Shown: positions 31,381 to 40,587 of the stretch, piece by piece
Layout of the letters: each line of letters starts with the position of its first letter
Position numbering within the stretch: the first letter of the stretch is position 1
Source: a virus
Taxonomy: Duplodnaviria; Caudoviricetes
Length of the DNA stretch: 64,000 nt
IMG/VR virus record: IMGVR_UViG_3300021255_002694
Direction: 5' to 3' (one strand)
The notes under the pieces: generated by a model
Database searches by the model: none
Told to the model about the DNA's origin: nothing
What the model saw: only the letters and a program-made list of their open reading frames with translations
Position numbers and translations under genes: made by a program

Positions 31381-32559
31381 ATGCATAATATTTCAGTTGT
31401 AACAGGACTTAACTATGGGGATGAATCAAAAGGACTTGTCTCAAATGCACTTTCTGATAAAAATACGCTGACTATTCTGCCGTCTAATTCATGTCAAAGA
31501 GCGCATACTGTTGTAGAAAACGGAAAAAGAATTGTGTTCAGACATTTTGGTAGCGGCACTATTAAAGGTGCTGCTACCTATTTCACAGAAAATTTTATTA
31601 TCAATCCGGCAATGTTTAGAAAAGAATATGAAGAACTATCTAAACTTGGAATTACACCTAAAGTGTATGCAAGACTAGGTGATTTTCATGTTACGCCGAT
31701 TGACATGTTTGCAAATGTAGTGATTGAGAGATCAAGAGGTTCTGAATCACATAGTTCTACTGGATGCGGTGTATGGGAAACGATAAGACGAAATAAGGTA
31801 CTTCAAGATCAATTTAAGGTATATTTCGATAAAGATATTGTAGACTACTATAAAAACCACTTGATATTAGCAACTGGTAAACCACTATCTGATGAAATTC
31901 AATCATTCTTAAATGGTAAATACCTGATTCAAAACTGCCAATCTGATTTTGACTTTTTTATCAATCATGTAACTATCATTGATTCAGATGAAGAAGAAAA
32001 AGAACTTCTAATGTCTTATCCTAATATTGTATTTGAAAATGGTCAAGGTTTACTTCTTACTGATGAATATAGTATTGATTCTAAACATAATACGCCTGTA
32101 TATGTTGGGGCGCTAACTCCGGCAAAAATGATAGCAAAACAATTCACCGGAGAATTTTATGATCTTAACATGTATTATGTTTCCAGAACATACTATACAA
32201 GACACGGTAAAGGAATGATCGGTGTATCTTCTAATTGTGAATGCAGTAAAGAAGATATAAATGCAGATATGGTTGATCTTACAAATGTTCCAAATCCACA
32301 TCAAGGAACGCTTAGATATGGTAAATTTGCCGAAAAAGATGCACAAATCGCTGTTAAGAGAGCCGATTTTGATGCATCAAGACTTTTAGAGATCGGTATG
32401 CATGTTCCGGCATCAAAAAGAAATCTTGTCATAACACATGTTAATGAATATAATGACAGCATACTTTTATCTGCGGCGTGTTGCTCAGATAATCCAAAAA
32501 TGAATGTATTTACGTCAAGCGATGAAAGTACAATCAAAAAGTATTTCAGTATTGAATAA
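31381..32559 (+). CDS. Divergent adenylosuccinate synthetase (PurA)-like protein
   Basis: GLNYGDESKG, QRAHTV, RHFGSG, STGCGV, FENGQGLLL, TRHGKG, TN.PN..QGTLRYG. Confidence 0.8.
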   Translation: MHNISVVTGLNYGDESKGLVSNALSDKNTLTILPSNSCQRAHTVVENGKRIVFRHFGSGTIKGAATYFTENFIINPAMFRKEYEELSKLGITPKVYARLGDFHVTPIDMFANVVIERSRGSESHSSTGCGVWETIRRNKVLQDQFKVYFDKDIVDYYKNHLILATGKPLSDEIQSFLNGKYLIQNCQSDFDFFINHVTIIDSDEEEKELLMSYPNIVFENGQGLLLTDEYSIDSKHNTPVYVGALTPAKMIAKQFTGEFYDLNMYYVSRTYYTRHGKGMIGVSSNCECSKEDINADMVDLTNVPNPHQGTLRYGKFAEKDAQIAVKRADFDASRLLEIGMHVPASKRNLVITHVNEYNDSILLSAACCSDNPKMNVFTSSDESTIKKYFSIE

Positions 32560-32565
32560 ATAGAA

Positions 32566-32637
32566 TCAAGAGGTTTCTGATTATTTCAAAAAAATTTTCA
32601 GAAACCTCTTGACTTTTATATGAAAATATGATATACT
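32566..32637 (+). promoter_or_regulatory. 15-bp inverted repeat overlapping the -35 of a consensus early promoter
   Basis: TCAAGAGGTTTCTGA (32566-80) / TCAGAAACCTCTTGA (32598-612); TTGACT 32609, TATACT 32632. Confidence 0.85.
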
Positions 32638-32677
32638 ATATATGATGATAAATAATACAGATTAGGAGAAGATTTGT

Positions 32678-33157
32678 ATGAATCTGATCGGAAAGAGATT
32701 TGGTAGACTTGAAGTAATTTCAAATGCAAGTGAACATGGATATGTTTCATGTAAGTGTGATTGCGGAAATTTTAAGGACATTCGTGCAACATCTTTAACG
32801 AAAAAATATCAGCCGACAAGATCATGCGGATGTATTCAAAAAGAATTTGCATCATCTGTTTCAGCAAAATCAATCTCAAAAAACTCTGAAAAACAGATTT
32901 CAAGCAATAAAAAATTCAATACAAATTTTGGCTCTATTATATGTGACAAACCAAAAAATAACACATCTGGACATAAAGGTGTTTCGTGGTGCAAAAGCAA
33001 GGGAATGTGGGAAGCATACATATCTGTTCACAATAAAAGAATACATCTTGGTCGTTATCATAACATTGATGATGCTGTTAAGGCTAGAATAGAAGCAGAG
33101 GAAAAATATTTCGATCCGCTTCTTGAAGTTCGTAATAATGTAGAGGGGGTACTGTAA
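32678..33157 (+). CDS. AP2-domain DNA-binding protein (homing-endonuclease-related, no HNH core seen)
   Basis: LIGKRFGRL…CKCDCG…SCGC; NNTSGHKGV…WEAYI…HLGRY…AVKARIEAEEKYF. Confidence 0.85.
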   Translation: MNLIGKRFGRLEVISNASEHGYVSCKCDCGNFKDIRATSLTKKYQPTRSCGCIQKEFASSVSAKSISKNSEKQISSNKKFNTNFGSIICDKPKNNTSGHKGVSWCKSKGMWEAYISVHNKRIHLGRYHNIDDAVKARIEAEEKYFDPLLEVRNNVEGVL

Positions 33158-33978
33158 AATGACTTGGGGAGAAAAGTACGATAAAATTATCAAGAGAAAT
33201 CAGGATATTGGTGTTACGGAATTCATTGCATCTAAAACATCACCAACATGTGTGCTTGTTCAGTATAGAGATGATAGGTACAGATGCACTTTTTGCGGAA
33301 ATGTTGTGATCGGTGATTCTCGATACTGCCCCAAATGTGGTGCATGGAACAAAACATATGATTCTCAATTCTATGATCTGTATGACGATGATATGGATGA
33401 GGATGAGGATTATGAAGATGATGATTGTGAAGAAGATGATGAATAACGAGGTAATGACATGAGTCAAAACAGTAGTAAATACGCCGTTTCAGTATATGAA
33501 ATTGATACAAAAGATCATAAATACAGGATTCTTGATGAATTTTCAAAAGCATTTGATTCATATGAAGATGCAGTTAAATACGCAAGAACACAAACAATCA
33601 AGTGTGAAACATATATTCGTGGATATTTGATCAATGAGGTGATTTGTTGTGATTAACTTTATTGAATACCAAAACTTGAAAAAGGCTTACAATGTAATTC
33701 GATCTACAATTTATTCCGGAATTGATTTCGGTGATTCAGATGAAGATGAGGCTATTGATAGAATTACACTAGGAAATATCAGAGAATTTTTTGATGGAAT
33801 TGAATCTATATCTGTAAAGTGTGATTACTGCAATGGCTCTGGCGGTTTTCCGGATAATGAAGCCGGATTTAAGCCGTGTCCGAAATGTAACGGAGATGGT
33901 GGATATTTCAAAGAAACAAGCATTGATCTTAATTTAGATTGGTAAAGATATTTATTTTTCAAATGGAGTTGGATTAAA

Positions 33979-34701
33979 ATGATTTATTACACAGGAGATA
34001 TTCACGCTGAATATAGAAATCCAAGAAAGATTGCAAAATTTGCAAAAAAGCATAATTTAACAGAAGATGATGTTATTGTCATTCTTGGTGATGTTGGTGT
34101 TAATTATTACGGGGAAGGTTCTGTTGAAGATAATACAATTAAATCAAGACTTAGTAGAATTAAACCAACACTTCTATGTATTCAAGGAAACCATGAAGAA
34201 AGACCTAAGAATATTTCAACATATAGAAAAAAGTTCTGGAAGAATGGATATGTTTATGTTGAAGATAAATTTCCTAAATTGCTTTTTGCGATTGATGGAA
34301 TGATCTACGATCTTGACGGAAAGGATACACTTGTTATCGGTGGTGCATATTCTGTTGATAAGTGGTATAGACTTGCAAACGGATATCAGTGGTTTGCGGA
34401 TGAACAACCAGACGATCAAATCAAACAGGAAACAGAGCAAGCAATGAGTGCTTGGGGATATGTATTCGATCAAATTCTGTCACACACATGTCCATATAAA
34501 TATCTTCCAACAGAAGCATTTTTACCACACGTAGATCAGTCAACTGTAGATCAGTCAACAGAGGAATGGCTTGATACGATTGAAGATAGATGCACTTATG
34601 GCAGATGGCTATGTGGTCACTATCATATTGATAAAGAGATTGATAAGGTAAGATTCATGTACAATGATTTTATTGACAATGATGGCAATAAAGTAGAATA
34701 A
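33979..34701 (+). CDS. Calcineurin-like metallophosphoesterase
   Basis: TGDIH, LGD.G, GNHE, GGA.SVD, SHTCP, GHYH. Confidence 0.9.
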   Translation: MIYYTGDIHAEYRNPRKIAKFAKKHNLTEDDVIVILGDVGVNYYGEGSVEDNTIKSRLSRIKPTLLCIQGNHEERPKNISTYRKKFWKNGYVYVEDKFPKLLFAIDGMIYDLDGKDTLVIGGAYSVDKWYRLANGYQWFADEQPDDQIKQETEQAMSAWGYVFDQILSHTCPYKYLPTEAFLPHVDQSTVDQSTEEWLDTIEDRCTYGRWLCGHYHIDKEIDKVRFMYNDFIDNDGNKVE

Positions 34702-35417
34702 TTATTTCAGACTACATATAAAGGGGTATAAGCATGAATCTCAAATACGCTATACAGAAGAAGTTTCCGAAATCACATGCTAGCCAATTTCGGGTATGGG
34801 ACGAGAACAACAATGAACTGTTCGACTATTCATCATATGCATCTGGAAACTACGATAAGCGGCTTCTGGATAAAGTAGTTATCGGAGTGTCAGAAACAAC
34901 TGTTCTTTACTCCAATACGACTATCTTGCATATCACAGTTGATACAGGTGTGAAGCGAATGCAAGAACTTATTGACGCTGCAATTACCATTAAGCGTCAC
35001 TGTGATATTTCTAAGTGCAATAGTGAAACATGCCCGTTCTGGAAGAACATCTGTGTTCTACGAGATGATGCACCGTCTGGATGGGATTTATAATGATGTG
35101 TATGTGGAGAGTATTATGGATGAAACGATTTTAGAGCATATTAAAGCGCTTATATGTTACTATCATACAGGTGATTACGTTTATGATCAAGTTCTTCACA
35201 GGGAGTTTAATGATTCATATGATGATGTTGTAAACTACCTTATTGACAATAATATTGTTGAAGTATCTGAGAGACTTGTTTGCCCAGAGTGCAGACAGTT
35301 TATTTCGGATGGCGATTTTAGCGGTGAAGTTGTCTGCTATCACTGTGGAAGAATTTATAGTGTTGATTCAGTAATTCATGAGAAAGTTTTTATAAAGTTG
35401 TGAGGTACACATATAAT

Positions 35418-35867
35418 ATGATTATATCAGGTTACATGTATAAATACGGAAATGAAATCGGTTCTTCTGGAACAGTTGCGTGTACCGAATCTATTAAGAA
35501 TGCAGTTACGAGGTTTGGCAGAGATTTTAACCAAGTGCCTTGTTTGCTTGGATATTCAAGAGATATTCCAGATCGTGCTGTAATTGGCGGATATAACATG
35601 GCAGATGTCTTAGGGTATGCGACACTAAAGGTGTGTGATGATGGAATATATGCATTTGTGAAAGTAATCGAAACACCTGCTGGAAGAACTATACTTAGTA
35701 TGGCAGATCATGAAATAATGGAACAATTCAAATTTGGATTTGCCTTGTACGGTGAACGTGTTGATACAAATGCAAATGGTTCGACTTTAGTTGGAAGTAT
35801 AACAATAGGATATATAACTCTGGCAGAAGATAATATTCATTACAAAATTGATAAGATTGAGAGGTAA
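35418..35867 (+). CDS. Prohead-protease (T4 gp21/S77-like) fold homolog lacking catalytic His/Ser
   Basis: DGIYAFVKVIETPAGRTILSM matches VYG.akildTP.G.il; GELDHP site reads LLGYSR and GVSSRG site reads GFALYG. Confidence 0.55.
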   Translation: MIISGYMYKYGNEIGSSGTVACTESIKNAVTRFGRDFNQVPCLLGYSRDIPDRAVIGGYNMADVLGYATLKVCDDGIYAFVKVIETPAGRTILSMADHEIMEQFKFGFALYGERVDTNANGSTLVGSITIGYITLAEDNIHYKIDKIER

Positions 35868-35872
35868 TTACA

Positions 35873-36349
35873 ATGGTTATTCGTTTTCATAATCCAGATG
35901 AGCCTAATGGCTATCTGAGTAATTGGTATCTGTCTGATTTTGAAATTGACAGAATTAAATTCACATCAATGGAACAGTATATGATGTATAAGAAAGCGAT
36001 CTGTTTCAAGGATAAAGAAGCTGCAAGAGAGATTCTTGCAACAAATGATGTTGGAAAGATTAAAGCACTTGGAAGAAGTGTAAAGAATTATGATGACCGC
36101 TACTGGAATGGTGTTCGGCAGATTATTGTGTATAACGGGCTACTTGCAAAGTTTTCGCAGAATGATGATCTAAGAGAGAAGTTGAAATCAACCGGAAATG
36201 CTATTCTTGCTGAATGTGCTGTGAATGACTTTATCTGGGGCATTGGTCTTTCTATGTACGATATTAGAGCAGACGATCCTAAAAAGTGGAAAGGTCAGGG
36301 CTTGCTCGGTTATTCCTTGATGCTTGTGAGGGATGCACTGTGTCAGTAA
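35873..36349 (+). CDS. NADAR (YbiA-like) family protein
   Basis: LSNWY, SMEQYMMYKKA.CF.D, IKALGRSV, KFSQN..L…L.STG…LAE…D.IWGIG. Confidence 0.92.
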   Translation: MVIRFHNPDEPNGYLSNWYLSDFEIDRIKFTSMEQYMMYKKAICFKDKEAAREILATNDVGKIKALGRSVKNYDDRYWNGVRQIIVYNGLLAKFSQNDDLREKLKSTGNAILAECAVNDFIWGIGLSMYDIRADDPKKWKGQGLLGYSLMLVRDALCQ

Positions 36350-37197
36350 ATGTTGACTACTGGAAAAATAAGTTTGATGATATTCCATTCAGTAAAGTAT
36401 CAATCAAAATGATACATGGATTTCCGTTTATCGTCTATGATTTCGGCAAATACGGAGAGCTAAAATTAAAAGCAGATAAAGAGTGTGTTCTTGAAAAATT
36501 ATATAAATGCATCAGTAATTCATATAAATGTTCACATAACTTAAAATTATCATGTAAATGTTGGTTTGATCAGATTGATCTGTTGTATGAAACGGCAAAT
36601 AAACTGTACGAAAATTATTTGAAAGATCAGATCATTCAACCGTTTGTAAAGTTTATAAGTGAATATAACCCAGAGTATAGAGATACCGGATTACCATGCT
36701 ATTCATATGTAATTTTAGGGCTACATGATAGATGCTATCTATCTGAAACACCTCACTACACTAATTTTATATCAGAATTACTCAAAAATGTTAAAAGTGA
36801 ATCAGCTATGTTCTTATGTGGTCGATCATCTGCAAGAATTGGAAAGTGGTTTTTTATTGAAGGTTCTGTTGATAGTTCAAATAATGTACGAATTATACGT
36901 GATCTTGGAATAAACATAGATAATCCAATTCAAGCTAGAATTTGCAGTATTTATGATAAATGGGCAAGGCAGAACGAATATCAACTTGATGAACTATTTA
37001 ATCCTGATAAAGACATAAAGTCAATCAAAGATAGTAAAATCAAATCAATTATTTCTAATTTTTCATATGATGATATGATCAGTACATTGAAAAGAAAACA
37101 TACTGATCTACAATCTGTTCAGGTTCAATGTGGTGGTGCGCCGATGTACGATGATACAGACTATGAGTTTGTAGAGAAATTCGATAAGGAGAGTTGA
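36340..37197 (+). CDS. Hypothetical protein
   Basis: GTG at 36340 after GAGGGA, within ORF 36286..37197. Confidence 0.65.
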   Translation: MSVNVDYWKNKFDDIPFSKVSIKMIHGFPFIVYDFGKYGELKLKADKECVLEKLYKCISNSYKCSHNLKLSCKCWFDQIDLLYETANKLYENYLKDQIIQPFVKFISEYNPEYRDTGLPCYSYVILGLHDRCYLSETPHYTNFISELLKNVKSESAMFLCGRSSARIGKWFFIEGSVDSSNNVRIIRDLGINIDNPIQARICSIYDKWARQNEYQLDELFNPDKDIKSIKDSKIKSIISNFSYDDMISTLKRKHTDLQSVQVQCGGAPMYDDTDYEFVEKFDKES

Positions 37198-37616
37198 TGT
37201 ATATGGTCTACGCTATAGTTGCGGTTCTATCATGCTTTGTCGGATATACAGTTGGTGTTTTTAGAACCAATAAAAAGAACACTAGACATTCAACTTCAAT
37301 CGGCAATAATCTATTGATTGATGCTAGAGATAACAGAGAAATTGCATCTATTGTTCACGATTCAGGCACAACTGAAAAGACGAAGATTCTTGAAGAACTT
37401 GTAGAAATTGTAAACAAAGCTGCATTAGATGGAAGAACCTTTGTTTGTATAGAAACAGAATATGATGAACTAAATGGGCGTATCTCAAGATATCTTACAA
37501 AAAATGATGTTCTTGATCTATTCGATAAATCACATTATACAGTTGATTTCAGATGGTTCTTTTTAGATGATGCCGATATCCGTAAAATTAGTTGGTAAGT
37601 GTGAGGTGATAATAAG

Positions 37617-37955
37617 ATGAAAGTAGAGATTACTCTAAGAGAAAGTGAATTGAATGCACTTGAAAGATACATAGATTTTTTAGTATCCTATAAAAAACCT
37701 TGTGTTGGATGTTCAGACACTCATTCATGTACCGGATGTGTAGCAAATGCAGAATGGAATAAAATGCATTCACAGTCATACAATCCAGTAAAGCACATCT
37801 ACACAAACCCATGCATGAAGAAGTACATAGATGCTTATAAAGAGGTTATTGAAGCTGAGATAGCAAAATTTGATGCCGAAAATAAATTTGAAGTTCTTAA
37901 AGACTTATATAACAATATGATAAATGACGAAATTACTGTAATAAAAGGAGAATAA
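37617..37955 (+). CDS. Cys-cluster hypothetical protein (paralog of 3012)
   Basis: PCVGC…CTGC…W. Confidence 0.7.
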   Translation: MKVEITLRESELNALERYIDFLVSYKKPCVGCSDTHSCTGCVANAEWNKMHSQSYNPVKHIYTNPCMKKYIDAYKEVIEAEIAKFDAENKFEVLKDLYNNMINDEITVIKGE

Positions 37956-37961
37956 TGAAAA

Positions 37962-40163
37962 ATGAGAACACTACTTTTGTTTCGTGGCGCACCTGGCTGT
38001 GGAAAATCAACATTTATTGATACTCACGGTCTAAGACCATATGCTCTGTCTGCTGATGATATCAGACAAACTTTGAGATCACCGATGCAGACAGCGGATG
38101 GAAGTGTACAGATTTGTCAAGATAATGAAAAAGAAGTTTGGGAACTTTTGTACAGAATGCTAGAAACTCGAATGCAAAAAGGAGAGTTTACAGTAATTGA
38201 TGCAACAAATTCAAAAACATCTGAAATGAATAAATATAAGGATTTGTGCGGAGAGTACAGGTACAGAATGTTCTGTATTGATATGACTGATCTGCCTATT
38301 GATGAATGTAAGCGTAGAAATGCTGGTAGAATTCCTCTAAAGAGAGTTCCGGAAGATTGCATTGATAAAATGTATTCAAGATTCAGAACACAGAAAATTC
38401 CATCTGGCATTAAGGTGATTAAGACTGAAAGTGATTTTAATTCTATGCTTATGCATAAACTTGATATGTCAAGTTATGAGAAAATTGTTGTTGTAGGTGA
38501 TTTACATGGCTGTAATACAGCACTAATGGAATACTTTAACGACGGTCTTAATGATAATTATTTCTATATCTTTGTAGGGGATTATATTGATCGTGGAATT
38601 GAAAATGCAGAAGTAATTAAATTCCTACTAAGTATCTATGAAAAGAAAAATGTTCTGCTTCTTGAAGGAAACCACGAGAGATGGATAAAAGCATACTCTA
38701 ATGAAGAAGTATCAAGATCAAAAGAGTTTGAATTTGTAACAAAGAAACAGCTTGATGCGGCAGATATCAGCAAGAAAGACCTAAGACAACTTTGTAGAAA
38801 ACTAGGTCAGGCTGCATGGTTTACATATGGTGATAAAGAAGTTGTTGTAACTCATGGTGGTATTGCAACAATGCCTGAAAATCTTACATATATGGCAACA
38901 ACTCAAATGATTCATGGTGTTGGAGATTATAATGATTCTGATATTATCGCAGATACATGGCTGAGAACAACAGCAGATAATATGTATCAAGTTCACGGTC
39001 ATAGAAATGTTAAAAATGTTCCAATGAAAGTGAATGATCGTGTATACAACCTAGAGGGAAAAGTTGAATTTGGTGGATTTCTTAGAATCCTAGAACTTGA
39101 TAAAGATGGATTCCATGAAGTTGAAATTAAGAACACCGTATTTAAGACTCCGGAAGCTATTGCTCAAAGTGTTTCTCTTTCCGATTCCTCTATTGCAGAT
39201 ATTGTTCTGAAAATGCGTCAGAATAAATTTATTCAAGAGAAGTCATATGGTAATATTTCTTCTTTCAATTTTACACGAGAAGCATTTTATGGAGATGTTT
39301 GGGATGATCAAACCGTTAAAGCAAGAGGTCTATATATTGACACAAATAGGATGAAAGTTTCATGTCGCGGATTTGTTAAGTTCTTTAACATAAATGAACG
39401 TCCTGAGTGTCGCTTTGAGATGCTACAGCACACACTCCAATTCCCAGTGACATGCTATGTAAAAGAAAACGGATTTCTAGGTCTTGTTTCATATAATCCA
39501 GATACAGATGATCTATTCATTACAACAAAATCAAGTCCAGATGGACCGTTCGCGGAATGGCTAAAAGACATGGTATATAGAAAAGTTCAAAACATTGATC
39601 TTATGAAACAGATTTGTAAGGAACAGGATGTTACATTTGTATTTGAGTGTGTGGATATGAAGAATGATCCGCATATCATTAAATATCAAGATGATGAACT
39701 TTTCTTGCTTGCTATTGTTAAGAACAGCATGGATTTCATTCAGTATGAATACGGTGATCTTGTAAATACTGCAAATGAAATTGGTGTTAAGTGCAAGACA
39801 AAGGCTGTTGAACTTGGAACATGGGCTGAATTTGTTGACTGGTATAATGAAGTTCTTGATCCTGATTATGAATTTAATGGAAGAATCATTGAGGGATTTG
39901 TTATTGAAGATTCTGCCGGATACATGACAAAGGTAAAGTTGACATATTACAATTTCTGGAAATTTATGCGCGGACTTACACATGAAGTTCTGCAAAGAGG
40001 TTATTTCCATAAAACATCTGCATTGACAACACCAACAGCAAATGATTATTACGGATTCATTAAAAATGTATTTGATACTACAGATAAGGAAACAAGGCAA
40101 TCTTTGCCTAGAGATATTATCTATTGGCGTGATAAGTTTTATAAAGAGAAAGGAAGTAACTAA
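37962..40163 (+). CDS. Trifunctional RNA repair enzyme: polynucleotide kinase + metallophosphatase + RNA ligase (Pnkp-like)
   Basis: GAPGCGKST and DATN (AAA_33); GDLHG, GDYIDRG, GNHE, HGG; ligase KENG and EGFVI. Confidence 0.9.
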   Translation: MRTLLLFRGAPGCGKSTFIDTHGLRPYALSADDIRQTLRSPMQTADGSVQICQDNEKEVWELLYRMLETRMQKGEFTVIDATNSKTSEMNKYKDLCGEYRYRMFCIDMTDLPIDECKRRNAGRIPLKRVPEDCIDKMYSRFRTQKIPSGIKVIKTESDFNSMLMHKLDMSSYEKIVVVGDLHGCNTALMEYFNDGLNDNYFYIFVGDYIDRGIENAEVIKFLLSIYEKKNVLLLEGNHERWIKAYSNEEVSRSKEFEFVTKKQLDAADISKKDLRQLCRKLGQAAWFTYGDKEVVVTHGGIATMPENLTYMATTQMIHGVGDYNDSDIIADTWLRTTADNMYQVHGHRNVKNVPMKVNDRVYNLEGKVEFGGFLRILELDKDGFHEVEIKNTVFKTPEAIAQSVSLSDSSIADIVLKMRQNKFIQEKSYGNISSFNFTREAFYGDVWDDQTVKARGLYIDTNRMKVSCRGFVKFFNINERPECRFEMLQHTLQFPVTCYVKENGFLGLVSYNPDTDDLFITTKSSPDGPFAEWLKDMVYRKVQNIDLMKQICKEQDVTFVFECVDMKNDPHIIKYQDDELFLLAIVKNSMDFIQYEYGDLVNTANEIGVKCKTKAVELGTWAEFVDWYNEVLDPDYEFNGRIIEGFVIEDSAGYMTKVKLTYYNFWKFMRGLTHEVLQRGYFHKTSALTTPTANDYYGFIKNVFDTTDKETRQSLPRDIIYWRDKFYKEKGSN

Positions 40164-40458
40164 AAATGGCAAGACTATTTAGATTTTCAATCGGTGGAGA
40201 TTTTGATACTGTAGAACAATATAAGTTTGCTGTGAACCTTAAAAGTTCCCTTACATCTATCGGAACTATTCATAGTTGTTTAAGTGCAAACAAACTGGTT
40301 GATCTTTGGTACACTTTCTGCGATTTGAAAAATATTAAGGATCGTAAATCTTTATCTGAGGACACTCTGATTGAATTTGCAATATATCTTAGCAATATTG
40401 AGGTTTAAGAAAATCTCAAATCACAAAAACACCATCTATCTAATATGTCAATATACAC

Positions 40459-40490
40459 AAAAACCTACCATATTATTTGGTAGGTTTTTT
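40459..40490 (+). terminator. Intrinsic terminator
   Basis: AAAAACCTACCA / TGGTAGGTTTTTT. Confidence 0.88.
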
Positions 40491-40512
40491 CTTATAAATT
40501 TTCAGAAAACAC

Positions 40513-40541
40513 TTGACAAACAACCTACAATATGTTATACT
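40513..40541 (+). promoter_or_regulatory. Consensus sigma-A early promoter
   Basis: TTGACA-17-TATACT with TG. Confidence 0.9.
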
Positions 40542-40587
40542 ATATTTGTAAGATAAATGTGTCTATCATGAAAGTGAGGTAAATACT

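Noticed and set aside
31381-32559. PurZ (2-aminoadenine, Z-genome) synthase
   Set aside because: The catalytic position keeps Asp (GDE) as in PurA, not the Ser of PurZ; no datZ/mazZ-like neighbours seen
34531-34560. 15-nt tandem duplication (VDQST twice) in the phosphoesterase
   Set aside because: In-frame micro-duplication in a probable loop; no wider pattern
37617-37955. MKVEITLRES as another capsid-targeting leader
   Set aside because: Spacing differs, and its paralog at 3012 lacks the motif; likely coincidence
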